Shown piece after piece: positions 45,686 through 56,424 of a stretch of 64,000 nt of DNA. The stretch covers positions 210,566 through 274,565 of the forward strand of contig JAJFIV010000027.1 in the NCBI GenBank assembly GCA_021774625.1, given 5' to 3'. Origin of the DNA: Alphaproteobacteria bacterium (GTDB taxonomy: Bacteria; Pseudomonadota; Alphaproteobacteria; Sphingomonadales; JAKSBY01). Made by a program: the position numbers and the translations under genes. The notes below the pieces were generated by a model, which saw nothing but the letters and a program-made list of their open reading frames with translations, had not been told where the DNA came from and did not search any database. Positions within the stretch are counted from its first letter, which is position 1; each line of letters begins with the position of its first letter.

Positions 45686-46702
45686 TTATTCTTCGCTCAT
45701 TTCAAACACCATCAGCAACGTTCGCTGAAGGGCGTTAAAGTTGTTGTCTGACAGCAGATAAAGCATGGTCCGGCCATTTTCGTCCCGGCGGACCGCAAGC
45801 GCTTCCATATTATCAATATTTATCGGCGGCCTGAAACGGGCAATTTCCTGCCCTTCAAGCACCACGCCTTCCCCGACGCCGGATATGGACAGTTTTTCCA
45901 GTTTGACGGCAAGCCCGGACAGCGGCGAGAAGGAGCGCAGCAGCACCAGAAGATCGCCACCCGGCAGCATTGCCATGTCGGAGGGATGAAAGCCCTGCTC
46001 AACCTGATAGCCAAAGGCCTGCGCTTCCTTTTGATCCCAAAGCCATCCCTTGTGCGTCCCATTTTCATCCTCACCGCGCTCGGCTAGCAGCATCAGGCGG
46101 TTTTCATCGAGATAGGTCATGGCCTCGATGCCGCCGTTGCGCGGCAGGTCTTCCAGGGCTTTCGGTGTCTGCATCGGCTGCGCCATGATCGAAAAGACCG
46201 GCTGGTAGCTTTGCATGATTTCTGACGGATAACGCCAAAGCCGGCTCCAGCCTTCAAAAGCGACCAAAACGCCGGACCCGCCCGGCAGAAGCTCCAGCGC
46301 CTCCGCATCATTTTCACCATCGACCAGTTCCAGACCGCGCCAGTCGCGAATCGGCGATAAATACGTATTGACCAATCCTTCAATCTTGCCCTTTTCCTGG
46401 AGAATATCGGCGGTAAACCAGTGCCCCCTATCCGTCACGGCAAGCAGGCGCGCGCCATCCGGGCTGACAATAAGGCCGGAAAATCCGCCGAAATGAGGAT
46501 CGGTTGATGATAATTCCAACCCGCCGCGATAGAGCAGCGGGCCAACGCGCATCAAGGCCGCATCCTCGCTATTCAGCGGAACAGGAACCGGGCTGACCTC
46601 AATATGGCTGTCCGTCGGGGTCTCCTGTGCCCATATCCATGCAGGGAACCCTATCCCGGCAATAAGCCCCGCGATAGATATAAGAACCTGCCGATACGTC
46701 AT
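45686..46702 (-). CDS. exported esterase-like/phytase-like beta-propeller family protein
   Basis: ORF 45686..46759. The likely start is M20 (MTYRQVLISIAGLIAGIGFPAWIWAQ). The motif GGFSGLIVSPDGARLLAVTDRGHWF is typical of the phytase-like esterase family. Confidence 0.6.
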   Translation of the reverse strand: MTYRQVLISIAGLIAGIGFPAWIWAQETPTDSHIEVSPVPVPLNSEDAALMRVGPLLYRGGLELSSTDPHFGGFSGLIVSPDGARLLAVTDRGHWFTADILQEKGKIEGLVNTYLSPIRDWRGLELVDGENDAEALELLPGGSGVLVAFEGWSRLWRYPSEIMQSYQPVFSIMAQPMQTPKALEDLPRNGGIEAMTYLDENRLMLLAERGEDENGTHKGWLWDQKEAQAFGYQVEQGFHPSDMAMLPGGDLLVLLRSFSPLSGLAVKLEKLSISGVGEGVVLEGQEIARFRPPINIDNMEALAVRRDENGRTMLYLLSDNNFNALQRTLLMVFEMSEE

Positions 46703-46835
46703 CACACACTTCCCTTCCTTCCGGGTCCATCCTTTTAGCATAGTTTTATTGATGGCCAAAAATATGGCGCTCTTTGGACGAACGGACGGGTTTGGGGGCC
46801 TGACCCTGGTTCACGTTTGCGGCTTGCCGTCCATA

Positions 46836-48680
46836 CTACCGTTTAGTCTCTTCATCAAACAGGCCGATCAGCTGGTCCGCAATGGCCCCCAGCAACTGAT
46901 CCGCATCGGTCAGGGTGACGGCGCGATTGTAGTAGCGGGTGACGTCATGGCCGATGCCGATCGCGATCAACTGAACCGGGGAGCGGGTTTCGATCCATTG
47001 AATAACCTGCCGGAGATGCTGTTCGAGATAATTTCCGGAATTGACGGACAGGGTCGAATCATCGACCGGCGCGCCGTCTGAGATCACCACCAGGATCCGT
47101 CTTTCCTCGGGCCGGGCGATCAGGCGGCTGTGCGCCCATAAAAGGGCCTCGCCATCAATATTTTCCTTCAGCAGGCCTTCCCGCATCATCAGGCCTATAT
47201 TCTTCCGGACCCGGCGCCAGGGCGCATCGGCGGTCTTATAGACGATATGACGCAGATCATTGAGGCGGCCGGGAGACGAGGGTTTGCCGTCCGCCAGCCA
47301 TTTTTCCCGCGACTGTCCGCCTTTCCAGGCTTTTGTAGTGAAGCCGAGAATTTCAACTTTGACGGAACAGCGCTCCAGAGTCCGCGCCAGAATATCCGCA
47401 CAGATGGCGGCGATGGAAATCGGCCGGCCACGCATGGAACCGGAATTATCAATCAGCAGCGTCACAACCGTATCGCGGAAATCGGTGTCTTTTTCATGCT
47501 TGAAGGACAGCGGGTAAAGCGGGTTGGCGACAATCCGCGACAAGCGGCTGGTATCCAGCAGGCCTTCTTCCAGGTCAAATTCCCATGACCGGTTTTGTTT
47601 TGCCAGCAGGCGGCGCTGCAAACGGTTGGCGAGCCGGGTGACCGCGCTTTGCAGATGCGCCATCTGCTGATCGAGATAGCTGCGGAGCCGGTTCAGCTCC
47701 CCGTCATCACACAGGTCTTCAGCGCGGGCAATCTCATCGAATTCCTGACTGTACGCCCGGTAAAAGGCCCCGTTGGGCAGGGCGGCAAGCGGGTTATTGG
47801 GACGCCAGGGGACGCCATTTTCACCGTGGTCCTCGCCGCCCATCCGGTCACTGACGTCACCGGCCTCGCCATCCAGCGTTTCCTGTCCGCCGCTTTCCCC
47901 GTCGGCCCGATCCGATTCCGTACCGTCCCCGTCCCCGTCTTGCGACCCGTCGGCCGCTTCCGATTCAAGGTCCCCGGCGCCGTCGGAATCAGCATCGCCG
48001 GCAGACGCCTCGTCCTGATCATTTTCCTCCAGGGTTTCGTCCCCCGGATCCTCGCCGAGATCAAGATCGCTGATAATGTCCCGGATCAGTCCGGCATATT
48101 CCGCCTGATTCTCAACAACCTCCGGCAGGCGGTTGAGAATTTTTCCGGCGCGGGCTTCAATCCAGGGCCGCATCAGTTCAAGCGCTGCCCGGCTTTCCTT
48201 CGGCGCCTTGGCCCCGGTCAGCCGCTCCCGCGCCATCAGGCCTAAAACCCCAGCAAGAGAGACTTCTTCTTTGGCGGTGGCGCGGTCAAGCCCGAGATCG
48301 CGACACCGTGCCCGCACCGTGCTTTTAAGATTTTTGGCGACACCTTTCATTTGGCGGGCGCCGAGCGCTTCAACCCGCACCTGTTCCACCGCATCAAAAA
48401 TTGCCTGGCTGACCGGGCCGGCCGGCTCCTTTGCCGCGTGAAGTCTGGTGTCGTGATGCCGGACTTTGAGGGCCAGGGAATCGGCCAGTCCGCGCAGTTT
48501 GCCAAGATCGGCCGCAGTGAAATCCTTGGGCGGCAGAGGAAGCTTTGCGAGCTTGCCGGCGAGCTGCGCTTTTTCCGGCGCGAACGCCACTTCCATTTCC
48601 CGATCACCGGCAATGGCGCGGGTGGCGGCGGCGATGGCCGCTTTCATGGTCTGGGTGCTGCGCATATCTTTCTGCGCCAT
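46836..48680 (-). CDS. cobT: CobT-type protein (vWA domain, acidic linker)
   Basis: 614 aa with the CobT-like N-terminus, a long D/E/G-rich stretch and a C-terminal vWA domain ([14 protein letters not shown]...[11 protein letters not shown]). Confidence 0.85.
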   Translation of the reverse strand: MAQKDMRSTQTMKAAIAAATRAIAGDREMEVAFAPEKAQLAGKLAKLPLPPKDFTAADLGKLRGLADSLALKVRHHDTRLHAAKEPAGPVSQAIFDAVEQVRVEALGARQMKGVAKNLKSTVRARCRDLGLDRATAKEEVSLAGVLGLMARERLTGAKAPKESRAALELMRPWIEARAGKILNRLPEVVENQAEYAGLIRDIISDLDLGEDPGDETLEENDQDEASAGDADSDGAGDLESEAADGSQDGDGDGTESDRADGESGGQETLDGEAGDVSDRMGGEDHGENGVPWRPNNPLAALPNGAFYRAYSQEFDEIARAEDLCDDGELNRLRSYLDQQMAHLQSAVTRLANRLQRRLLAKQNRSWEFDLEEGLLDTSRLSRIVANPLYPLSFKHEKDTDFRDTVVTLLIDNSGSMRGRPISIAAICADILARTLERCSVKVEILGFTTKAWKGGQSREKWLADGKPSSPGRLNDLRHIVYKTADAPWRRVRKNIGLMMREGLLKENIDGEALLWAHSRLIARPEERRILVVISDGAPVDDSTLSVNSGNYLEQHLRQVIQWIETRSPVQLIAIGIGHDVTRYYNRAVTLTDADQLLGAIADQLIGLFDEETKR

Positions 48681-48691
48681 GAGTCTGGGGC

Positions 48692-49687
48692 CTAATTCTG
48701 CTGTATCTGATTGGCCGCCGATTCGGGCAACTCCTCACCCAAGCAGCGCTGATAATATTCGGCAACTATGGCCCGTTCCGTCTCATCGCACTTGTTGAGA
48801 AAACTGACCCGGAACGCAAAGCCGAGATCACCGAAAATTCTGGCATTCTGCGCCCAGGTGATCACCGTCCGCGGCGACATGACCGTTGAGATATCGCCGG
48901 CCATAAAGCCTTCCCGGGTGAGATCGGCAACCCGCACCATGCTGGAGACCACCTCCTGCCCTTTTTCGTTGCGAAAGGATGGCTCCCTGGCCAGCACAAT
49001 CTCGGTTTCCGTATCGTGCGATAAATAATTGAGCGTGGTGACGATATTCCAGCGGTCCATCTGCCCCTGATTGATCTGCTGCGTGCCATGATAAAGACCC
49101 GTGGTATCGCCCAGCCCCACCGTATTGGAGGTTGCAAACAGCCGGAAAGCCGGATGGGGCCGGATCACCCGGTTCTGGTCCAGAAGCGTCAGCTTGCCTT
49201 CCACTTCCAGTACCCGCTGGATCACGAACATGACATCGGGCCGCCCGGCGTCATACTCATCGAAAACCAATGCCGTGGGGGTTTGCAGCGCCCAGGGCAG
49301 CAAGCCTTCGCGGAGTTCGGTCACCTGCTTGCCGTCGCGGATAACAATCGCGTCCTTGCCCAGCAAATCGATGCGGCTGATATGGCTGTCGAGATTGATG
49401 CGCACGCAGGGCCAGTTGAGCCGCGCCGCCACCTGCTCGATATGGGTCGATTTTCCGGTGCCGTGATAACCCTGGATCATCACCCTGCGGTTATGGGCGA
49501 AGCCCGCCAGAATACTGAGGGTGGTGTCCGGATCGAAAACATAATTTTCATCGCGCTCGGGCACATAATCGTCGGCCTGGGAAAAACCGGAAACTTCGAT
49601 ATCGCTGTCAATGCCGAAAGTCTGGCGGACATTGACTTTAATATCCGGCCGCCGGCTTTGCTGGACTTCATAATGGGCAGATTGCAT
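48692..49687 (-). CDS. cobS: CobS-type AAA+ (MoxR-like) ATPase
   Basis: 331 aa. Motifs: [28 protein letters not shown] (Walker A region) and [12 protein letters not shown] (Walker B). Confidence 0.9.
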   Translation of the reverse strand: MQSAHYEVQQSRRPDIKVNVRQTFGIDSDIEVSGFSQADDYVPERDENYVFDPDTTLSILAGFAHNRRVMIQGYHGTGKSTHIEQVAARLNWPCVRINLDSHISRIDLLGKDAIVIRDGKQVTELREGLLPWALQTPTALVFDEYDAGRPDVMFVIQRVLEVEGKLTLLDQNRVIRPHPAFRLFATSNTVGLGDTTGLYHGTQQINQGQMDRWNIVTTLNYLSHDTETEIVLAREPSFRNEKGQEVVSSMVRVADLTREGFMAGDISTVMSPRTVITWAQNARIFGDLGFAFRVSFLNKCDETERAIVAEYYQRCLGEELPESAANQIQQN

Positions 49688-49761
49688 GTTAATCTCGGTC
49701 TTCCAATCAGGGCAGAAACAATCTAGTACTGGCTATCTGCCAGTTTCAAACCTTTGATGCA

Positions 49762-50070
49762 ATGCAAAAGCGGTCTTTTATGTCTTCAGAAACCCTTGGT
49801 CCGGTCGGTAAAGGTCTTTACGATAAATTGAAGGCGGCTTTTGCGCCGTCGCATCTTCAGGTCATGGACGAGTCTCACAAACATGCCGGACACGCGGGCG
49901 CCCGGCCCGAAGGCGAAACCCATTTTTCCGTCATTGTCACGTCAGACGCCTTCGAGGGAAAATCGCGGGTCGCGCGGCAAAGACTGGTTTATGACTGCCT
50001 GCGCCAAGAGCTTGCCACCCGTGTTCACGCCCTTTCGCTAAAGACCATGGCGCCCTCGGAAAAACCCTAA
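49762..50070 (+). CDS. BolA family protein
   Basis: 102 aa. LQVMDESHKHAGH...FSVIVTSDAFEGKSRVARQRLVY. An alternative start is at 49780. Confidence 0.8.
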   Translation: MQKRSFMSSETLGPVGKGLYDKLKAAFAPSHLQVMDESHKHAGHAGARPEGETHFSVIVTSDAFEGKSRVARQRLVYDCLRQELATRVHALSLKTMAPSEKP

Positions 50071-51350
50071 TTTTCCCGAAGCTGCCGTTTGGGCGGGATG
50101 ACGCGGATTTTGGTCACCTGGTTGCGGCGCCTGCCGAGAATCTCGAATTTAAAGCCAAAAAAACTGAATTTCTGGCCGATGTCTGGAATGATTTCAGCTT
50201 CATTGATGATCAAACCGGCAAGGGTCGAGGCCTCATCATCCGGCAGATCCCAAGCGAACCGGCGGTTAAGATCGCGGATCGTCACCGTCCCCTCGACAAG
50301 ATAGCTTCCGGCCTTGCCCGGCTTGACGCCTTCCACCAGTGTGTCATGTTCATCCGTGATGTCGCCGACAATCTCCTCAATGATGTCTTCCAGGGTCACC
50401 AGGCCCTGAAGGGCGCCATACTCGTCAACGACGAGCGCAAAATGGGCATTCTGCTTCAGAAAAGCATTTAACTGCTCGCGCAAAGTCGTGGTTTCCGGGA
50501 TAAACCAGGGTTTCAGCATAATCCGTTTAATATCAATTTTTGAGGGCGGCGATCCATCCTGGCGAAAACATCTCAGCATGTCCTTGGCATGCAGAATGCC
50601 GATGATGTTTTCCGGATTATCCTTCCATACCGGCATGCGGGTATAGGGGCTGCGGATCACCTGGGCGATGATATCGGCATCGGTGGCCGCCGCATTAATC
50701 ATCAGCATGTTTTTCCGGTGCACCATGATATCCTCGACCACGACGCTGTCGAGATCGAGGATTGAGCCCAGCATATCGCTATGGGCTTTGATGATGCCGC
50801 CTTCGCTGGCATGAAGTTGAATGGCGCCGCGAATCTCTTCGTGTGCCGACAATACATTGCGCACTTTGGCAATATCCGCGCCGAAAAGTTTCAGTGTGCC
50901 GCGGACAATTGTCTGCACGCCATTCACAACCGGACCGAAAATACTGATCATGACGCCGATCAAAGGGCCGACCGCAAGCGCCGTGCGGACAGGATTGGTA
51001 ATGGCATAGGTTTTCGGCAATACCTCGGCGAAAATCAGAACCAGGGCCGTCATGACGAGGGTGGCGTAAAAAACGCCATTCTCGCCGACCAGGGTAATGA
51101 AAACGCTGGTCGCCAGCGCCGACGCCAGAATATTCACCAGATTATTGCCCAGCAGGATGCCGCCAATCAGCTTTTCCTTGTTTTGAATCAGGCTTTCGAC
51201 CTTTTTTGCCCGGCGATTTCCGTCCCGGGCATGTTTATGGATACGGGCGCGGGGCGCGGCGGTCAGAGCCGTTTCCGAGCCGGAAAAAAATCCGGACAGC
51301 AACAGCAGAAAAACAATGGCAATGATGGTCAAGGTCAGTGTTGTGCTCAT
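50067..51350 (-). CDS. HlyC/CorC (CNNM) family transporter: DUF21 membrane domain, CBS pair, CorC_HlyC
   Basis: 427 aa with the N-terminus LLLSGFFSGSETALTA, a CBS pair and a C-terminal transporter-associated domain. Confidence 0.85.
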   Translation of the reverse strand: MSTTLTLTIIAIVFLLLLSGFFSGSETALTAAPRARIHKHARDGNRRAKKVESLIQNKEKLIGGILLGNNLVNILASALATSVFITLVGENGVFYATLVMTALVLIFAEVLPKTYAITNPVRTALAVGPLIGVMISIFGPVVNGVQTIVRGTLKLFGADIAKVRNVLSAHEEIRGAIQLHASEGGIIKAHSDMLGSILDLDSVVVEDIMVHRKNMLMINAAATDADIIAQVIRSPYTRMPVWKDNPENIIGILHAKDMLRCFRQDGSPPSKIDIKRIMLKPWFIPETTTLREQLNAFLKQNAHFALVVDEYGALQGLVTLEDIIEEIVGDITDEHDTLVEGVKPGKAGSYLVEGTVTIRDLNRRFAWDLPDDEASTLAGLIINEAEIIPDIGQKFSFFGFKFEILGRRRNQVTKIRVIPPKRQLREN

Positions 51351-51366
51351 AATAGTTGGGGCATCC

Positions 51367-52485
51367 CTATGCGTTGCCGTGAGGCTTTGTGAGTGTGGCC
51401 AGGATGGTGTCTTGGTCGATATTATCAGCGATGAAGGCCTTACCGATGCCTCTGGTCAGAATCAGGCGTAATTTTCCATCAATGACTTTTTTATCCTGCT
51501 GCATCAGAACCAAAAGCCGGCGGGCATCGCTTGCGGGGGTTAAAGCAGTAGCCAGACCGGTTGCCGCAAGATGGGCCGCAACATCTTCGACATCCTCACT
51601 TGGGCAGAGGCCGAGACGGTGCGAGAGATCGAAGGCCAGAACAAGCCCGAGCGCCACCGCTTCGCCGTGCAGAAGGCTGCCGTTATAACCGGCCGCGGTT
51701 TCCAGCGCATGGGCAAAAGTGTGGCCGAGATTCAGCAGGGCCCGCACACCTGATTCCCGCTCATCGGCCTCGACAATGGCCGCCTTGGCCCGGCAGCAGG
51801 TCGCCACCATGCGAATCAGCAAGTCCGGATCGCCGTTGAGCGCTTTTTCGCTGTTCTTGCAGAGCCAGTCATAAAAGGGGCGATCGCCAATCAACCCGTA
51901 TTTTACTACCTCCGCATATCCGGCAAGCAGTTCCCGGCGGGGCAGTGTCGCGAGGGTCGCCACATCGGCGATCACCAGCCGGGGCTGATGAAAAGCGCCG
52001 ATCAGATTTTTTCCCAACGCTGAATTGATGCCGGTTTTTCCGCCGACGCTTGAATCCACCTGGGATAACAGGGTTGTCGGGATCTGAATGAAACCCGCAC
52101 CGCGGCGCAGAATGGCCGCGGCGAAACCGGTCAGATCGCCGATAACCCCGCCGCCGAGCGCAATCACATGGTCTTGACGTTCAATCCCGGATTGCAACAG
52201 CTGTTCGGTGACGGATTGCAGAACCGGCCAGCTTTTACTTTTTTCGCCGGGCTCCAGAAGGATGGCGGCGGCAACAGCAATGCCTTGTTGCGCAAGCGTG
52301 TCTTTTAAGGGCGTCAGATATTGTTCCGCCACCGTCCGGTCCGTCACTATGGCCGTGAGCGGGCGGCGTAGCAGGGGCGCTATCATGGCCCCGGCGCCAG
52401 CCAGAATGTCGGCACCGATATGGATGGGATAGGATCGTTCCCCAAGACCGATCTCAAGACTTGCCGCCGGGTGTTTTACCATCAT
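51367..52485 (-). CDS. aroB: 3-dehydroquinate synthase
   Basis: 372 aa. Motifs: GGGVIGDLTGFAAA, VDSSVGGKTGIN, LNLGHTFAHALE. Confidence 0.9.
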   Translation of the reverse strand: MMVKHPAASLEIGLGERSYPIHIGADILAGAGAMIAPLLRRPLTAIVTDRTVAEQYLTPLKDTLAQQGIAVAAAILLEPGEKSKSWPVLQSVTEQLLQSGIERQDHVIALGGGVIGDLTGFAAAILRRGAGFIQIPTTLLSQVDSSVGGKTGINSALGKNLIGAFHQPRLVIADVATLATLPRRELLAGYAEVVKYGLIGDRPFYDWLCKNSEKALNGDPDLLIRMVATCCRAKAAIVEADERESGVRALLNLGHTFAHALETAAGYNGSLLHGEAVALGLVLAFDLSHRLGLCPSEDVEDVAAHLAATGLATALTPASDARRLLVLMQQDKKVIDGKLRLILTRGIGKAFIADNIDQDTILATLTKPHGNA

Positions 52486-53075
52486 GACTGTTCCAGCGGC
52501 CTGCGCCGCAAATACCGCTCCAGGGCCTGAATAAGGCGATTGACCGTATCGTCATGGGGCCCGTCATTGCTTTCAACGGCCAAATCGGCTTCCGCATAGA
52601 CGGGTTCCCGGCTTTGCGCAAGCCGCGTCAGAATTTCTTTGGGGTCGCCTTTTTTCAGAAGCGGGCGCGTATTTCGCCGGGCGGTTCGCTCGACCAATGT
52701 CTCAATATCGGCCTTGAGCCATACGGATATGCCCTTCTGTTTGATCAGACGGCGGGTTTTTTCATTCAGAAAAGCGCCGCCGCCGGTTGCCAGTATTTTC
52801 GGCGTATTATCCAGCAGCCGGGCAATGATGCGGCGTTCGCCGTCCCGGAAAGCCTGCTCGCCAAATTCTTCGAAAATATCGCCGATACTCCGCCCTGCGG
52901 CGGTTTCGATTTCTGTGTCAGCATCAATAAAAGGAAGCCCGAGACGCAAGGCAAGCCTTCGGCCGACAGAAGTTTTGCCCGCTCCCATCAGACCGATCAG
53001 GATGATGGAGCGGGGGATTTTCAACCCGCCGGTCAGCGTTGGAGAAGAGTCAGAAATATTTCCGGTATCGCCCAT
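52482..53075 (-). CDS. aroK: shikimate kinase
   Basis: ORF 52482..53246. The likely start is M58 (MGDTGNIS...). It has the Walker A motif LIGLMGAGKTSVGRRLA. Its stop overlaps the aroB start (ATGA). Confidence 0.85.
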   Translation of the reverse strand: MGDTGNISDSSPTLTGGLKIPRSIILIGLMGAGKTSVGRRLALRLGLPFIDADTEIETAAGRSIGDIFEEFGEQAFRDGERRIIARLLDNTPKILATGGGAFLNEKTRRLIKQKGISVWLKADIETLVERTARRNTRPLLKKGDPKEILTRLAQSREPVYAEADLAVESNDGPHDDTVNRLIQALERYLRRRPLEQS

Positions 53076-53295
53076 GGGGCGCGTTATATCACGCAGACGG
53101 AAACGGGCAAACAGGAATAGCGGGCAAATTTCCGCCGGTTTTATCGGATTGCTAACATACTGATGCCATATTGATGGGATAGTTCCTGTGATCATTTCCG
53201 TTTCAGGGCTTGTCGCGGCGGTTAATATAACGCTAGATTGGCGCACATCTCAGAGGGGGGATATAAATGATCCAGATATTGATGGTTCGGACGTT

Positions 53296-53436
53296 ATGAA
53301 AAAACTTTGGTTGGTTGTAACTGCGGTTATCCTGTTAGGCCTTGTAGCCGCTGGTATTTTTTTGATTACATGGGATATTCCCGCCCCGAGCGAGCGGGTA
53401 GAACGGACCCTGCCGGATGATGATTTCCCCCGCTAA
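53296..53436 (+). CDS. possible 46-aa single-TM protein
   Basis: MKKLWLVVTAVILLGLVAAGIFLITWDIPAPSERVERTLPDDDFPR. It overlaps the next gene's start by 20 nt. It is supported only by hydrophobic character and position. Confidence 0.3.
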   Translation: MKKLWLVVTAVILLGLVAAGIFLITWDIPAPSERVERTLPDDDFPR

Positions 53437-55396
53437 AATTCGTATTTTTGCCGCCGCCGGCGCATTTGTTCTGATCAGCGCTTTTCCTGCGTTCGCACAG
53501 GAAAAGTCACCGCCGCCGGAGCCGGAAGACGATCCTTTACAGGAACGCAGCGATGAATCCGGTGAAAATACCGGACGCAGCACGATTTATCTCGGCCCCG
53601 GCCGGGTGCCGGATATTGAGCGCGATCCGGCGACCGGCAGACCACGGTCCATCATGCCGGGGCCCTACGTGGCGCCGGGCTCCCTGAGCCGGTCCTTTGA
53701 TGCGTCCCCTGACGCCGCGGACGGCAATCCCGCCGACGGTCTCCGGCAGCCGGATCAGGGCCTTGAAATTGGCGAACTGGACCAGTTGGACCCGGCGGCC
53801 GTCGGGCTGATTGATCAGGCCGGAGGCGGGTTCTCCCCGGCCATGTGGCGGGGGACAGCCCGGGCGTCTCTGGAATTGTTATTGCCCCGTCTTCCCGGCG
53901 CGGTGCCGTCACCGGCGCAGAACGATCTGCAGCGCCGTCTTCTGTTGAGCAGCGCCAGTATTCCGCCGCCGGCCGGCGCCGGCGATATGGATTCCTCCTC
54001 CCTGCACATTCTCGAAACCCGGCTTGACCGCATTGCTGCGGGGGGCGATTTGCGCGGCCTGCTCGGGCTTCTCGAGCGTATTCCGCTGCAGTTCGACAGT
54101 CCCAAAATACGCCGCATCAAGGCCGACGCTTTTCTGCTGGATGGCAATGCGGAAGACGCCTGTAATGTTGCCGAGCGCGCACGCAGTGAAGATGCAAGCC
54201 CTTTCTGGCTGCAATTAACGGCCTTTTGCCAGGCCATAGACGGCAATCAGACCGGGGCGTCCCTGACCGTCGATCTGTTGCAGGAAACCGGCGACGCGCC
54301 GGCACTTTTTGCCGAACTGATCGACCGCATCCTTTTTGAAATCAGCAATCCCGGCGCGGCGCAGGATGGCAATATCGGCGGCCTGTTCGATCTTTTTACG
54401 CCCGACCCGCTGAATATTGCCATGATGCGCGCCGCCGGAGTCGAAATGCCGCCCGGCATCCAGCTAAATGTCCCGCCCCTGACCTTGGGCGCGCTGGCCC
54501 GGGCGCCCAATCTTTCCCTGGACCGGCGCGCCGATGCGGCGCTGGCCGCCGCCCGGCTTGGTGTCATTGGCAATGATACATTGATGGATATTTTCGCGGC
54601 GATGGAATTTTCCGAAGAAGAACGGGCTTTGGCCGAGACTTTGGCCGAAACCGACCTTGGCGCCAGAATCGACGGCCTGCTGTTTCACGCCGCGTCACTG
54701 GAAAGCGATCCGGCGCGGCGGCTGCAGTTGCTCGGCACCGCCTGGCGGCGGGCCGCAAAAGACGGGACGCATGCAGCACTGGCTCCGGCATTTGCCACGT
54801 TGATTGCGCCGCTTGAACCGGCTGCCGCTCAGATCCCCTTTGCCCATGAGACCGGCAGGATTCTTTTGTTTTCCGGCCAAACACGGGAAGCAAAGGAATG
54901 GTACGACCTTGCCCGCGGCCTCGCGGCGCGTTCCAATATCGAAGCGACCAAGGCGCTGGTGGACCTGTGGCCCCTGATGATTGTCGCCGATAGCAATGGC
55001 AGCACACCCTTCTCGTCACAAATTCTGTCCTTATGGGCGCAGGGTCAGGCGGTCTTGCCGCCGGAGGAAAGGGCAAAAAGGGCCGGATTGTTTTTTGGAA
55101 TTCTGGAAGCCCTGGGATATGAGGTCCCGGAAGCCATGTGGGATGAAGCGCTGTCATCGACCGCGCGGGAAAATAATGCTCCGTCGCTGGCAACCTGGCG
55201 GCGGCTGCTGCAGGCATCCAATGACCGCCGCTTTGGTGAAACGGTGCTGCTGTCCCTGATTGCCATCGGCGGCGAAGGGCCCGGCAAGGTAAACCCCTCG
55301 GCGCTGACCACGGCGATCAATGCTCTGGCGGCAGCCGGACTTGAGGCCGATGCCCGCAAACTTGCCCTTGAAGCCCTGATTGCCAACGGATTCTAG
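53417..55396 (+). CDS. exported alpha-helical repeat protein of unknown function
   Basis: 659 aa. It has a signal peptide (FAAAGAFVLISAFPAFAQ), a Pro/Asp-rich linker and a long Ala/Leu-rich helical region. I recognise no family. Confidence 0.6.
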   Translation: MMISPAKIRIFAAAGAFVLISAFPAFAQEKSPPPEPEDDPLQERSDESGENTGRSTIYLGPGRVPDIERDPATGRPRSIMPGPYVAPGSLSRSFDASPDAADGNPADGLRQPDQGLEIGELDQLDPAAVGLIDQAGGGFSPAMWRGTARASLELLLPRLPGAVPSPAQNDLQRRLLLSSASIPPPAGAGDMDSSSLHILETRLDRIAAGGDLRGLLGLLERIPLQFDSPKIRRIKADAFLLDGNAEDACNVAERARSEDASPFWLQLTAFCQAIDGNQTGASLTVDLLQETGDAPALFAELIDRILFEISNPGAAQDGNIGGLFDLFTPDPLNIAMMRAAGVEMPPGIQLNVPPLTLGALARAPNLSLDRRADAALAAARLGVIGNDTLMDIFAAMEFSEEERALAETLAETDLGARIDGLLFHAASLESDPARRLQLLGTAWRRAAKDGTHAALAPAFATLIAPLEPAAAQIPFAHETGRILLFSGQTREAKEWYDLARGLAARSNIEATKALVDLWPLMIVADSNGSTPFSSQILSLWAQGQAVLPPEERAKRAGLFFGILEALGYEVPEAMWDEALSSTARENNAPSLATWRRLLQASNDRRFGETVLLSLIAIGGEGPGKVNPSALTTAINALAAAGLEADARKLALEALIANGF

Positions 55397-55402
55397 CAGC
55401 TG

Positions 55403-56332
55403 ATGTCACATTCGGACGAAAGCTACCTGATCGAGACATTTCTAGAAGGACTGGCCGCAGAGCGGGGGGCGGCGCAAAATACTCTGGTCGCCTATGGCAA
55501 GGACATTGACGGTTTCCGCAACTTTATCGCAAGGCCGCTGCGCGAGGCCACAGCCGAGGATATCCGGCGTTATCTTGACTATTTGTACCGGGGGCAATTT
55601 GCCGCTTCGACCGCTGCCCGGAAACTGTCCTCCCTGAAGCAATTTTATAAATTTTTGTTCGGCGAAGGCCATCGTCAGGATGACCCGGCGGTTCATATTC
55701 AGGGACCGACCCGTATGCGTCCGCTGCCCAAAATACTCAGCGAAGATGAAGTCGACCGCCTGCTGGCCGCGGCGATCCGTGCCGCCAAGACAAAACCGGA
55801 TATTAGAAACCTGCGGCTGGTCGCGTTTCTGGAAATTCTTTATGCGTCCGGTCTTCGGGTGACGGAACTGGTCTCGCTGCCCAAATCCGCCGTTGCCGGG
55901 GAACGGCAGATGCTGTTTATCAAAGGAAAAGGCGGCAGGGAACGGCTGGCGCCGCTGAATGACAGCGCCCGGCAGGCCATTGCCGGCTATCTGGAGGCCC
56001 TTAAAACGGATGCCAAATTTTGGGAAAGCAAATGGCTGTTTCCGTCGCGGTCCGGCGCCGGACACTTAACCCGGATCCGGGTGTTTCAGCTTTTGAAAGC
56101 CCTGGCCGTTCAGGCGGGGATAGAACCCCGTAAAATTTCCGCCCATGTGCTGCGCCATGCTTTCGCGACCCATCTTCTGAACCGCGGCGCTGATCTTAGG
56201 GCGGTGCAGAAGATGCTGGGTCACGCCGATATTTCCACCACCCAGATTTATACCCATATACTGGATGAGCGGCTGAAAGAACTGGTGAGGGAGAAACATC
56301 CACTGAGCAATATTTCCGTGAAAACTGAGTAA
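55403..56332 (+). CDS. xerD: site-specific tyrosine recombinase XerD
   Basis: 309 aa. Motifs: N-terminal SAM-like domain (LAAERGAAQNTLVAYGKDI), catalytic ASGLRVTEL, HVLRHAFATHLL, LGHADISTTQIYTH. Confidence 0.9.
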   Translation: MSHSDESYLIETFLEGLAAERGAAQNTLVAYGKDIDGFRNFIARPLREATAEDIRRYLDYLYRGQFAASTAARKLSSLKQFYKFLFGEGHRQDDPAVHIQGPTRMRPLPKILSEDEVDRLLAAAIRAAKTKPDIRNLRLVAFLEILYASGLRVTELVSLPKSAVAGERQMLFIKGKGGRERLAPLNDSARQAIAGYLEALKTDAKFWESKWLFPSRSGAGHLTRIRVFQLLKALAVQAGIEPRKISAHVLRHAFATHLLNRGADLRAVQKMLGHADISTTQIYTHILDERLKELVREKHPLSNISVKTE

Positions 56333-56424
56333 TTTGAAGCAAGTGCGGTCATTTTCCAAAGCTTGACATTAGGGATGGCTTAACCCAATTTGAGCCTAAT
56401 GGGGTAAATGACAGACTATGGCAT

